NCBI GenBank assembly: GCA_904063045.1
Contig: CAJFCJ010000008.1
Location: forward strand, 62,001-126,000
Direction of reading: 5' to 3'
From: Dimorphilus gyrociliatus
Taxonomy: Eukaryota; Animalia; Annelida
DNA: 64,000 nucleotides
Positions 1-13,544 of this stretch are shown here, piece after piece. Numbering within the stretch: the first letter of the stretch is position 1; every line of letters begins with the position of its first letter. The position numbers were made by a program, and so were the translations under genes. Below the pieces are notes generated by a model. The model was not told where the DNA came from. It made no database searches and saw nothing but the letters and a program-made list of their open reading frames with translations.

Positions 1-1019
1 TGGTCGTGACCAAATTGTCCTCCACGAATCCTCAAGAAAGGACAACACTTGGAGCCAAAAAAACGAAAGAGAGCTTTAAACGCTCTCCTATACGACCTGT
101 TGAAAAAATAATAGAGAAATGGTGATACGGCTGAATTAGCGTAACCGAACCATAAAGCCGTTTGCCAAAAACCACTGCCAATTGTATAATCCAAGAAAGG
201 ATCAAGAACATTCAAAATGAAGAATGGACACCAACAAGCGCAGAAAACACTCATTATAATACTTAATGTTCTAGCTGCCCTCGTCTCTCTTCGAAGTTTT
301 TGTTGCCTAGTATCTGAACCTACACATGTTGACCTGATAGCTTTCGCTTGTTTTTGTGCAACGACGAAAATTCTAGCATTGAGCAATCCCATGAATACAG
401 CAGGAGCGTAAAAGGCTAGGGTTGAGCATATTACTGCGTAAACCTTATTGACGAGAAACACGCAAGCCTCTCCGTGGTCTGGAGTCTTTTCCCTAACCTT
501 TTTCTCAATACCAACGACATGCCAGTTTTGGGTTAATGGTAGGAAGCTCATTAACGTAGGCATAGTCCAACAGGCAAAGAGAAGGCAAACGACGCTCTTT
601 TTAGTAATAATAGAAGGATATTTAAAGGGCGTGCAGATGGCAGTGTACCTGTCACAGGCAACGCAGCACAGATGCAAGATGGAAGACGTGCATAGCCAAA
701 CGTCAAAACAAGTAGCCAGAACACAAGCAGTTTGACCCAGTTGCCACCTAAGGCCCGCCATCAATTGATAAGCTCCTACTGGCATAACTAAAACCGCAAC
801 TAAGAGATCGGTAACGGAAAGGCTGGCGACGAAGGCATTCGTCAAAGTTCTTAATGAACGAAATCTGCAGATTGCGAGTAGAACCGTGAGATTACCGGCG
901 ACTGAGATGAGCATAACGATCAAAACGAGGAAGAGAATGATTATGGAAACGGCTAATCCATAGCGGACAGGAAGTTCGCCGGGAGGAGACGTTGTCCAAC
1001 TTCCGTTTTCCGTTTGCAT
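1..1019 (-). CDS. HTR4: Class A biogenic-amine GPCR, 5-HT4-like; intronless CDS, C-terminus runs off the window edge
   Basis: Read by hand from ATG at 1019 (in-frame TGA upstream), open to position 3: GNLTVLLAI (TM1), SLSVTDLLVAVLVMP (TM2), CFDVWLCTSSILHLCCVACDRY (TM3 with amine-binding Asp and DRY), CVFLVNKVYAVICSTLAFYAP (TM5), RETRAARTLSIIMSVFCACWCPFFILNVLDPFLDY (TM6), WFGYANSAVSPFLYYFFNRSYRRAF (TM7/H8). These segments closely resemble vertebrate 5-HT4; beta-octopamine or TAAR-like is a less likely alternative. Absent from the ORF track because there is no stop in the window. Confidence 0.9.
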   Translation of the reverse strand, partial: MQTENGSWTTSPPGELPVRYGLAVSIIILFLVLIVMLISVAGNLTVLLAICRFRSLRTLTNAFVASLSVTDLLVAVLVMPVGAYQLMAGLRWQLGQTACVLATCFDVWLCTSSILHLCCVACDRYTAICTPFKYPSIITKKSVVCLLFACWTMPTLMSFLPLTQNWHVVGIEKKVREKTPDHGEACVFLVNKVYAVICSTLAFYAPAVFMGLLNARIFVVAQKQAKAIRSTCVGSDTRQQKLRRETRAARTLSIIMSVFCACWCPFFILNVLDPFLDYTIGSGFWQTALWFGYANSAVSPFLYYFFNRSYRRAFKALFRFFGSKCCPFLRIRGGQFGHD

Positions 1020-3709
1020 TATAAGTCAAGTGGAAGGAAATTTCTGTTTCATGAAACATCTTTTTAGAATCTGTATCATACACATTCCTATATTCTACAC
1101 AAAATTCTAACGGTATTCCTAAAAACACTCCTTACAAAATTACATATAATATTGATTTTATCGTTGTAAAAGTAGGGAAGGAGGGGAGGAGGAGGAGGAG
1201 GAGGAGGTGATGGTGAGGAGTCGAGATAAAAATATTGTACGATAATCGCCTCCGGCTTAAAAGGTATATAGAGACGTAAACAAAATTATATTTATATTAA
1301 ATAATTTATCGTTATACGGCATAAGGTCTATGCTTTAAATGGATAAGAATACATCCTCTTTACATATTTATAAATATTAAAGGGTATTTTAATCTATAGA
1401 CCGAATATAAAAATAGATTTTTGTTTCTTTCGGCATCTTTTAGGGAAATAATATTTTAATTATAGTTATCTGTCTTGAAACTTTAATAATTAATAGCTTA
1501 GAATTTACTTATTATTGATTATAGCATTAAAAAATGATTAAAATGTACATATACAAATATACAGTATATATACAGAGACTATGTTTACTATTTGCACAGT
1601 AAGTCCTGTATTATATACATTCGAATAAGCAACATATAGTTTATATATAGTATATAGATATATTATATTTATGTATTTGTATATATAATTGGAAAAACCT
1701 ATTGAATTCAAAGGTTATTCCATCCTTCGGCAAATAGAATCTTACAAATAACGTAACTATATCGTGTTACAAAAGTCTGCTATATTTTCGCTTTTAACTG
1801 TTGAAAATATCGTTTGAAGTGGTTAGATAGAGACTAGTCTACGCCCTTTTCCTTACAAATCTTATTAAAACAATAAGAAACAATACTTTCCTTTATACCT
1901 CTAAAGGAATATTTTGCTCTAATCAAAAGCGTTATATAATATTTCTATATATTTGTATACAAATGAATATACTTTACTGTATATATACAGTATATACATT
2001 TTAAGTAGATTCTATTTATACTCCACAGATATATCTATACACGAACACACGCATAATAAATAAAATGTATAAGTCGTTTACATACTTTTTAATTATTAAT
2101 TGAGGAGAAAAGATAAAAATGAACTGGTTTATTGTTTAATCAATCAAATATATGAATCTACATAATAAAAATACTTTCTAACGTTTGTAAAGTTGTATAT
2201 AGAGTATGAAAGAATATTCATTGTATAATATTTAATAAAATAACAAAGATACATTAAACTCATTCATATAAATATTTAATATTTAAATATAATTTTACTA
2301 TGATGAATCATTTTTAAGCCTTAAAATGAAATTAATGATCTTTTTGGGTGTATTAGTTTAGGGGAAGAGAATGAAAGCTCCACAGTTATTTACAGTCTTC
2401 TGTTATTTGAATTGATAATTAGTATATAATTTACTTTTTCAATTAATATTGAAACCATTTCAAAAGTGACTTAATCTGATATAATATTATATTATATATA
2501 AATTTATATATATATATATATATATATATGTCATGGCCTATTTATAGAATAAATACGTGTTGATATAGGATAATTTTTTGTCAGTCGCTATGAACTTATA
2601 TATATATATATATATAATATAAAATTAATCAATTAAAGAGCCTGCTGTCATTTTCCGCCGGGCTTAAACTATTTGACCTTAATTAAAGTGTTACAACCGA
2701 CGTAATAGAAGTTCTTTTTTTATCTCTATCATACTATTTTTACTACCGTCATAATAATATACGTATTTACAAACTATTTCTACACTATTATATATTTAAT
2801 AAGATATTAATTTTACAACTTTTTCCCAGTTTTCTTACCTCTTCGCGCCGCATTTCTCCTCTCAGCGCTTCGCTTGTAAACAAATAGAAAAACACACATT
2901 AAATGTAGAAGAAGTTGAAAACGACGTCTAGCGTCGAAAAAGTTGATTCGTCGAAAGGAGAATGATTATCATATTAATATGCACGCCGCATGTGTAAAAC
3001 CTCTAATCTCCTTTTTACGTCAATGAAGGTGATCGATTTAATCTCCTCTTCGAACTGGACAAACCATGTAAAATCAATGATTTTTGCTCATCTATTTTTC
3101 TCAAATAATCATTTAATAGCTACTAGATGAAAGTGATAGGCTTTAGGCGTTACTTGCATAAATAGATGATGCGTGTTTGTAGTTAGCGAAATAATGGACC
3201 GATTAAAAAAAGAAAAGAAACTGTTAACACTTTCAAAATTGATGACTTTAAGCCTAGAGTCGGTAAAGAGAAAAGGGTGGGGATCAATATAAAAAATATT
3301 CATAACTCTATCTGAGCATCGATTTGCAGTTGATCTGCAATCACTGCAAGCTCTATTTACAATGAATTTTAAACTTGTTTATTCACTGTTTACTTTCTAT
3401 TTCTCGAAATGAAAAGTGAAAAATAAAAACCAATATAAAAATCATCTTACTATTCAGCCATATCATTCTCTTTCGGGTTTCCTACTCTTCTTCTATTATC
3501 TTGTTTAGCGATTGTCCACCTTTTCAAAATCTATTTAGGTCCTATTCCACAAAGGTCGAAATTTATTGAGTTTCTCTTTAAAACTCGCCGCACTAACTGA
3601 GCAGATTTTGTTCCTGTTGACTATAAATAAATAATTTTATAGTATAATAAGAGAGCGAGCATATATGATCTAAAATGGATCTATATAAATACATACAGTA
3701 TATATGCTG

Positions 3710-3744
<35 letters not shown>

Positions 3745-6700
3745 AAGACAATTCCATCCAACCTTTTCTAGGATAAGAGCGACAAGAAGAATATTTTATA
3801 TTTAATATAATTACAGGATTATAATTGTTTCAAAGGGAGGATTTAACATTAAATGATAAAAATCCTCTTTACGCATTTTTTTACACATAAATTAAGAAGC
3901 TTATTTCGATCACGAAAGTTGTCAATTAATTATCGAAAAATATAATCATTTTTCTAAGAACTTAATGAATAGAAGATATCTGAAGTAATAGAAGATATTG
4001 GATAATAAGAGATAAGTAAGGTAACGAATAAATGTGTAACATTGCCAATGTTGATATCTTCTATGGAAAAAGAAAAAACGAAAACTACATATAAAGGTAC
4101 AAAAAAAGAGAAAAATTGATAGAATAGAGGGCTTTGTCCTCTTTATTTTCTATTCTTATTGCATATTTAAAAAAAAAGTTAGAAATTTTCCCAGTTTCTA
4201 AGCCTTTTCTTTATACTTCTAGATACATTCCTGTTTTTCTCTCTTCTCTTCGTTTCTCCTTTTCATTCTTTACCTATTTCCTTTTATATTAACTTTGTTC
4301 TACCTTTTCCTATTATTTCAATTCTTTTACCTACCACTCTCTCTCCCCACTCTCCATCACTAACACACCCCTCTACACCTGTATTTAAAAAATAAAGAAA
4401 AGAGACAAAAGTTGTTTTGAAAATTCTCTTTTAAATAGAAAAAACAAACTTGTAAAAACTTGCTACCAAATTATCATTGATCTCTATTGTTAAAATATTG
4501 TATTGCCATAATTTAGACAGACCTCGTACAATTTGTTTTATTTTACTTAAAATGGTAAAAAAAAGAAACATTTGATTAATGTTTAACTTGCTGTTAACTT
4601 GTCATTTAGTTTAGAGTATATAATGAAAAAATAAAAATAAAGAAAACACTACCTACTTTGTTAAAAAGTAATGTTCTCTTCTGTGGTATTTTTTCTGACA
4701 GAAAAGGGAAGTTATTATAGGAGATGGAAGTGTGTGATGAGGGAAGAGATTCCTCTCTATACCTAAAATTAGACAGTATTAAGTATAGTTCTTAAAGAAA
4801 AAGTTTCGAGCAGAAGTTTACATATAAAACTTTTACGTCTGGCAGGGAAATCGTCCATTGATTGGGTGTGATCCTCAACCACTCTGAATATAGGTCTATA
4901 AGGAGGCTTTTTAATACTATTTTCGTTGAAGAGATTGGTTTTTTTCCCTCCCATTGCCTTTTTTCTCCCTCTTAATACTATCTAGTATAGCCCCTCGCCC
5001 TCCTTTCCCCCTTTTTTCCAGAACGTTTTGGAAAGGTGAGAAGGAATAACCTTGATGACATGTAGGCTAGGGGGATTACGCGTATTATAAAGAAGTGTTA
5101 CTAATAAGAACTGTCTCGTTATTTCTCACTCACTAACAATCCATGTGACGTTCGACCGCCGTATGCTTGTCAATTACATAATATCGTGCCTAATGCTTAT
5201 CTAGTTCACTCTAAAAAGTACCGTTACTGAAATTCAGGTTTATATGTCAATAATTTCTTTAGAATTTTTCCAGTCACGAATAGGATAATGTATATAAAAA
5301 AAAAACAAATTCGTTTTTCACGCTTTCAATCACTCGGAACCTTCAACTTATTTCTTTCGCTCAGTAAACTAAAGGTGAAGTATAAAAATCTTAGACGCTC
5401 CTGATTATACCTCGTCACGAACTTCTCTCTTCTTTATACTGTATGATAAAAAAATTACAGCGAATCCAATTAAACGTCACCTCGTTTTAACTGTATATAT
5501 ATAAAAGGCTATTTTACTTTCATTTCTTTCCAGGCGTTATATAAAAATAAACACATACATCTATATTAATAGAAGTATTTTTACTTTTATTTGTTATTAT
5601 ACTATATATAACTTTTACTTTATATGTTTCTTTCTAGACTATTTCCTTCTGCCAAGTTTGCTGTTTTTATCTGACATTCTTTTTAGTATATCTTTCACAA
5701 ATTGAACAAGGATACTATTTTAAGGGAAAAAGGGCAGTTGAAGGAAAAAAGATAGGAAATTAGTATCTTTTAACTTTTTCAATTAATTGTATAATTTATA
5801 ATAAAGAAAAAAAGATATTAAAAAACTAACAAAGCAATAAAAGACTTAAGAATGTAAAGTAGATGGTCGCTTCCTTCTTTTCTTTTAAAATTCTTTCACA
5901 AAACTCCTACTTCTCCTTCTTCCTCTTTTTTATTACTTTATTAGCATTATTTAAAGAATAGACGCTTGTTCTATAAATAGAACACTTTCATAAAAAAGTT
6001 ATAAAAAATTATAAATAATAACTAATAAACAATAGATAATTAGATAAAATTCCATGAAATTTATTAGGCTAGAAAATGGAACAAGAGAAGGATAAAGAAA
6101 CAATAAAAAAGAAAACCGAAGAGATATCTACAAAAGGATGTTTAACAGTAGTTGATGGAGATTGGCGTGTGAGGGAACGACTTGCATGCATCAGTTGTGT
6201 CAGCTACTAAATATAGAAAGAAAATTTTTCGCTTTTGAAATGAACGAAAAAAGGGATGATTATCTGGCTATAGACGTCAGTATAGGGTTTTATCTTTAGC
6301 TGTAATCGTGACTACTGAAAAGGCTATCCGTCGTTTGAAATGTTTCATTTAATTAAGTATCAAGAGTTCTACCGCTATTTGTATATACACTTGACTTTGG
6401 CCACAAAGTAATTGTGACGTCATTGAATTTAAACGGATTTTAAATGCTTACGATCGGAGGATAATTGAAACAAGAAGCGAAAGTAGGAGAAAAAATGGAT
6501 AGACTACGAGCGATATTGAAAGGAAAATGCAAAGAAATAGATCTAACAAGGTAAATTTCCTCGAGATTGATAAAGAAATAGACCGAAATTTTAGACAATC
6601 CTTTCAAATATTTTCTTAATAGCGCCGAACTGTTGAAGCTTTTAAAATGAAGAAAAAAATGTATAAGAGTAGAGTATATTCTTGCTTTCCAGGGTATTAC

Positions 6701-9700
6701 CCCATGCATCTAAGTAATGGAAATACTGGATTAAAAAAAAACATAAAGAAAAACACAGCAGGGAACGTGAAAATGACACAATACCGTATAAACGTTAAAC
6801 ACAGCCGTCTATTTCTTAACGTTAGTTTACCCTTACTTTTTTTAATCATATTAATCTAACTCGTTCCTAACTCAAGGCCCCTTTAACCTTTATATAATGG
6901 CTCATGGGTTATTTCGTTTTTAGTCTCTTCTGGGTAAAAAGAAAAGCTAAGGAATCCAATGATGTCGAATGTTAAAGGAGAAGCGGACTACTATATAGTT
7001 TTTAAATCTCGTTCTATTTGTAAGACTTCTAAGAAGGTCGCAGGAAAACGCTTTATGCACCAAACAACAAAGTGTAGAATAAGCTTTTTACAAAAACCGA
7101 CAGTAAATTTGCTGGCGGCAAAACAAAGTTACACGGTCGATAGAAATATCTAATATTTCAACAGCCCCTCCCCTCCTTCCTCCGAAAACACAAAAAATTA
7201 AGTAAAGATAAAAACAAAGTTATAAATAAAGATCTATCCTACTATTTCAAAAGTACTTTTGTTTCAGAGATGCCTTAAAAACGAAGAGGGAGGGGGAAAA
7301 GAGACGCTTTTATTTTGCAGGTGGTAAGACAGACTTGATATATTTTTCCTCGCAATGTTTCCGAGAAATAAGTTTATATGTAAATAGAAAAGAGCTTATA
7401 TTTGTTGAAAAATTGGGCTTAATGTTTACTCAACAACCAGAAAAGCGTTCAAATTAAAATTAATTATGTAAGTACGTGTATTTATTCGCCTAACCATGCA
7501 AGTTTTATTCAATTATTTATTATTACAAGTAAAAGGAAGCAGAGAATATAAATAATAAAGAAAAAAAGGAGAAATAAGCTAGAACAAAAACTAGGTCATC
7601 AAAAAATAGTCATAATTAAATTGCATTTATATTTATACTATGTTATACTGTTTAAAGGTTATTTTAAAATATTTTAATCAATATTATCTAATAAGCCTTT
7701 TAGGAAAGGAATGATGTAAAATTATCTAAAAATAAGGTCTTTACCAACTAAACTTAGCAGTCATTTTAATTAAGGAAATCGAATTACTCATTTACATCGT
7801 TAAAAAGTAGTTGTAATTGCCTTTCTAATACAAAATATATATAAATTATTCTTATTTTTTCTCTCCTCGTTATCCTTACGTAATCATTCGATTAACAACA
7901 CTTTTCTTTATTATTATTTCTTTTTTATATATTATGTATATTAATGCAGTAAATTAGCAAAACTTACCCTTTTTTCTTTCCATCATTTTACACCAGTTTC
8001 TCTCGTTTCTTTCTATCTTATTAGACGCACACACACACACACACACAAACACTTTCTCAAAATCGTAAAAGATTAACCTTTTTTGATAAATAGCTAAAGA
8101 ATATTTTTCTATTCCTTTTTTATAATTTTGTTATTATTTCACTAAACCCGATTTAAGAATCAACTCTATTAATATAGGATACATTTTCATCAAATATATT
8201 AGTTTATCGACATATATTACTCGTTATTTTTCAGTTAGAATGGAAAATGAGTTGAGGGGAAAGAGAAAAATGATTAAGAAATAGTACTCTAGAGTGAAAT
8301 ATATCTAGTATTTAACTGAATACGTAGTATATTCATAAATAACTAATAGAAGAAGTAAAAAGCAAATAAACTCCGGAGAGATTGGGAAAGGCGACTAGAT
8401 AAATTTTTTTCCTTGTCGTTCGATTGTAATTACTAAGCATTAACAGTTTCCGGTCAAAGTCTCAAACGAACAAATTTTCTAGACTAATCGAAATACGAGG
8501 GGTAAATTTAACCGGAAGTTGAATACTACTTATCGATTGGATTATTATTTCTTATTTTATCCTTTTCTTTTAATGGAATAAGTTGCATAGGATTAAGGAA
8601 CGAAATTGGAGATTTTTCTAATACTTTATTAGTTTTTTTTCGTTTCCTTATGAAAACTTCATCAAGAAATTTCCTCTCTTTACTTAAGTAAAATGAAATA
8701 TTAAGAGGTATATGAATAAGGTAGGAGAATGAATATGACAAAGTAATTATTATGCAATACTCGGTTTATTGCTTGCAGGCAACGTCTTTAATCTGTATTG
8801 CTAATGCTATTAGGCGTTAGAGTGATGTAACGCTTCACTGACTTTTCCAGGTGATGTAAATTCGAAAAACGGCCTTGAAAAACGACTAAGCATTCCTTTT
8901 GTCAAGAAGAGACAATTAGTTTCTGCATCTTTTTGGAGCTTTCAGCGTTAATTGCATTTTGACGGGAGTAGAAAAAACGGGGATGGCGGGGGGCGGGGGG
9001 CGAAAGGGGAGGTAGCATATCTCATAAAATATCATTGACAATACGATTTATATTTAAAGCGACATCTGGCGTCTAAAAAAATACTTGTATAATAGATAAA
9101 AACTATAGAGTGTCTCGTCCCTTTCCTATTCCCTAAGTAAAAAATTATCCTTTGAATCTGCTTCCATTTTTTGCATTGTCTGCAAAAAAAATTCTTTTTT
9201 ACGTGTAGTGGAAATTTCCTTGGGCCTAGGAGGGTTAAGTTTGTCATTTAGCCAAGACACAGTCTTCCAGCGTCTTACTAATGCAAAGTACATAAAAAAT
9301 ACGGCTCTGCCTCTTTGTAAAAGAAAAAAAAGAAAGAAAGAAATGAGTAAAGCGATTATCTAGACCTATTACCGTATATTCCAATAGTAAAAAAAAAGAT
9401 TCATGCAACCCAATTATAATATTTGTAGAAGAGAAAGTATATCCGATTGCAGGGCTTAATAAAGTGAGTTGAATAAGATTTCCCTTTCTGTCATCTTTTT
9501 TTTTTCTTAAAAACCTTATTGGAAGTTTATTCTTTAAGAAAATAAAAAAACTAGGATTTTAGGTTAAGGGGAATGAGGTCATTGTACTGTGAATCTTACA
9601 ATAAAAATCTCAAGCTGTTGCAAATAAGAAAGTCTTATAGAAAGTTTCAATTTTTCTCACTTAAACTGCTTTATTCATATATTTTCATTTTGTCACCCAC

Positions 9701-11322
9701 TTAATCAGTTCTTTAGAAAAGTTAAAGCAAGATTTATATTTCCTTTAGATTTACATTTGTCATCCTGTCAATTAAGTACAGCTATATAAAGGGAAAAAAT
9801 GAAGGAGAAATCGATACAATTATAACCTTAGATCAGTCAAGGCTAGCGCAGGTCGTTACGTTTCTTCGTCTCTGGGGGTTTTTAGAACGACCTAAAAAAA
9901 TGCTTCAAGCTTAACCATTTATCAATTTCCCATTATAAAAACTTTACTCCTTCTTTAATCTTATCCTTAGTCGTCCCCTTCCGTCTCCTTCGGCTGCTAT
10001 TATTACTGCTTCTTCTTCTCCTTCTCCTCCTCCCCCTCCTACTCCTTCTATGACATCCACTTACATCTTGGAAGTATCCTTTTACTACTTATAAATCCCC
10101 CGTCAACGTAAACTGCATGCTTCACTTTTTTCTATAAATTTCAATTCAACCCTGTCTCTTGTAAATTAAGCTTTAAAAACAGATAAAAGTTGAACAGAAG
10201 GACAAAGAGGACACATAGGTTAATAAATATTTAGAGATGATTCTTTCAAGGTTATTTTATTCAATTGAAGGTGAAAACATTATTCATTGCAAAGTACTGT
10301 TGTAAGTATAGTTGTTTGAAATAGCAAACAGTATTTTTAAAACAAATTTGTAGCTATAAGTTTCCCTTTAATAGTAAGGTCAACTAAGAGAGATTCTATT
10401 CTGTCTTCCTTGCTCTTTTAGACACCGTGTATACTGTATATACAGTATAAACGATTCTTTTCTCTTTAACTTTTCCTTCAGTTCTATCTTTAGCTTTTTT
10501 TATAATTCAGTTAATTAGTTTTGATTTACGGCTATAAAGAAGGCTCGCTAGGCATGGAATAATCTTCTTAGAAAATGCCTACCGGATGTAAATTCAATTT
10601 TCATACTTCGTCTTCGCTTTATTGTAGTTTGAAAGGAAAATCCTTAACAACGGTTTTGACTTTGATCTAGAAAACTCTATAATTTTGTTGTTAAACTTAA
10701 ACGAGTAGTGTCTTAAATAAAGATATGATATAGATTTTTTCCTGCTTACTAATTATTAAAAGTCTATTGCAATGTCTTTTTTTATCCTTTATATGTTTCT
10801 TCTTTTCCTTCCTCTTCTTCATAATTGTATTATTCTCTTAACAAGGCTTTAGTGGGTTTCAATTTCGAGTCTAGACAAATAAAACTGGGTTCAAAGTATT
10901 TCCAAGAAATATAGGCCTAAAATAAATTACGTGTCAATTTTTTGGGCAATGTGATACGGGTAGAGGATGGCGTATGGATTATTAATCTAATACTGCGTAA
11001 TAAAGTAGAAAATAAAGCTGAATTTGTAATGCATATATGTAATTTTAAAGAATATGATAAGATTTCATACAAGATGTCACTACTAAAAAAGTAAAATAGG
11101 AAGGATGTAATATAGATTTAAAAAAAAAGATAAAGTGTGTCATTAAACTTTCAATGAATACATCCGGGAAAAATATGATGCAAGAAGAGAGGCTTGTTTG
11201 AAAAGTATAAACAGTTTAAATGAGAAAATCTGTCTTTGTCAGTTTGTTTTTTTTTTTTACCAAAACCAAAAAGCAATCGGAATATAGCCAAAAATACTCA
11301 AAAAATCCGATTATAAAATGAG

Positions 11323-11664
11323 CTATGTACTAGTCGGAGCCAAAATGTTCACATCCCTATAACTTCCCATTTTAGATGACTGAGTCTTCGATTTTTGAGA
11401 TACTTTTTGCAAATAGCCTACCAGGGAATTGCTAACAATCGATTCTAAATTTTCAGCACTCTTAGAGTTCGTTTCCCATAGTATACCACCTTCTTCTTTT
11501 AAAGCCTTCTGTTGATCTTCTTTAGCGGTTTGTGATAAAAAAAAGTTTCTGTAGTATTGAGAGAAACCAGAAGAGCAACTCTTCGGAGAAGACGCCAACG
11601 ACGGTGGTGCCGATTTTGGTGCGCTGTCGAACTGTACTTCTAAAGTTCGCTTAGGTTTTGACAT
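11323..11664 (-). CDS. Orphan small protein, about 113 aa (MSKPKRTLEVQFDSAPKS...ILAPTST)
   Basis: Stop-free, relatively GC-richer frame in AT-rich DNA; strong acceptor (ttttttattcaaacag, exon starts 11696) precedes ATG at 11664 in ggaATGT context. No family recognised. Confidence 0.55.
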   Translation of the reverse strand: MSKPKRTLEVQFDSAPKSAPPSLASSPKSCSSGFSQYYRNFFLSQTAKEDQQKALKEEGGILWETNSKSAENLESIVSNSLVGYLQKVSQKSKTQSSKMGSYRDVNILAPTST

Positions 11665-11985
11665 TCCTTGAATAAATTTATCTTGTAAAGTGTACTCTGT
11701 TTGAATAAAAAAACAAAAACAAAAATAATAATAATCAAATATAATCATATAAATTCTTAAATTAACTTTTTAATCGATAAAACAAGAATAAAGAAAAGTA
11801 AGTACCGTACTCGTAGTGTAAATTAGTCATAATAATAAATTATTATTAATAATCCTCAAAAAAAACGATAGTAAAAAATATCGATATAGATCTTCTCTTT
11901 AATTCTCTAACTAATTTCAATTTCAATTTCTTATGAAGTTTGTACAATTATCAAATTTATAAAAGAGAAAAGTATAAACAATACT

Positions 11986-12001
11986 CAGCGCCACCTACAG
12001 G
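11986..12001 (-). promoter_or_regulatory. CTCF-consensus motif CCTGTAGGTGGCGCTG
   Basis: Close match to CCASYAGRKGGCRS in otherwise very AT-rich DNA, just upstream of the minus-strand orphan gene. Confidence 0.5.
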
Positions 12002-13544
12002 TTAAGGTTATTTGGTCCAAAACGCACAAAGCAAGGTTAAAAAATATCTTATCTAGAATGTGCTCGTATATTCTATAATTATTAAAAAAAATCAAAAAAA
12101 TCATATTAAACACTAAAAATGGTATAGTTGAATAAGAGCATTAGCAAATAAACCTTTTAAGTTTGGCTATCTACCAAAACCATATACGTTTATAAAGAAA
12201 ACATAGCTGGTAGACCAAGTAAAAGTCGGTATTAAACTATGCCTAAATGACTGTTGTATTTACTGTGTATATCGGTTAAAATTGTAAATATCGTTTTGAC
12301 TGTTACAACATAGGGGACAAAGTTAATAGTAGTAACTAATCGAAAGAACGATTATATCTATTGATTAAAATATTTAAAATAGAAAGAATAAAGGTTAATT
12401 ATAAAAAAATAACTCCAAATTGCCTACTTATGTAATTGTTATATAAACAATTTTTCTATATCAAAAATCGATTAGGTAAGTTGTAAATATGCATTGTTTA
12501 CCTATTGTGGAATAATGTCGTTTATCTTTGATCTTTTGTTGAAACCGGGTCAGGTTATAGAGCGTCAATACGTTTTGTTTAATTGATAAGAAATAGGTCT
12601 TTAATCAAGACTTGTATGATATAACTCAAGGTATATATAAAACTATAATAATTGCCCCTTTTTTCAAACTGTTAATGAACGGCGTTGCATTTTTGAAAGG
12701 ACTCATTTATTATATTGTTATCATGAGTTACGGTTCGTTTATTAGGTTGTAATCGACTCCTCCCATTTTCTCTATTTATACTATACAGTCATTACGAATT
12801 TGAAAAGAAGGGCGGTAAGGGAAAAACAAATTTTCATCTATTACTTACAAAGCGTTGACATACCTTATCATAGTTACGCAACGTTTAATGGCATCTTTTT
12901 TTTATGAAGGAACGATGCATATCAACAGCGTTCTGCTTAATTGAGTGTATCGTTTTTACATTGAAAGGGGGAAGTAATTGCGTCTATTTTTGACAATAAC
13001 GCCAGTCGCTATAAAGAATAAAGCGCTAATTGCTTTATTCGTCTCATTAACAAAACAACACGGTAAATGGAAAGATAAAGAGATAAGAAAAAATAGAAAT
13101 ATTACCATTCGATCAAAATAAAATATATAAAATAAAAAAGTACAATAGAAAAATAATACGTAAATAAACATTCGAAAGAACATTTATTCTGCTACTACTT
13201 CCTTATTTACCTGAATATATCCAAATGATGGAATTTTCTATTTTTACTATTCTTTTCTGTATTTTTCTCTTGAAAATATTTTAATAAATGTCGAAATTTT
13301 CTTATCAAAATGTCCCTATTTTCGTCTGCAGTTTTTCCTTACCCCTTCAATTTTATTTAGCACATGGCGGAGGTAATCGATAGACAGTAAAATCTATTCG
13401 ATCGCCATCTCTTGGCTAATGGTTTATTTACTGTTTATAACGACATCTGCATGCTTTTATATCATTAATAATATATATACTATACATATATATATATATA
13501 TATATATATATTGCTATTATTGAAGTATTTAAATATTTAAAATC

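Noticed and set aside
217-1128. ORF-track ORFs 217-411, 448-735 and 892-1128
   Set aside because: Shadow or out-of-frame ORFs of the minus-strand GPCR.
6440-6860. Coding-like fragments (MDRLRAILKGKCKEIDLTR..., ILDNPFKYFLNSAELLKLLK)
   Set aside because: Interrupted by stops; no recognisable family or transposon domain.
9850-9893. AGGTCGTT...AACGACCT inverted repeat
   Set aside because: Only 8 bp with a long loop; consistent with chance.
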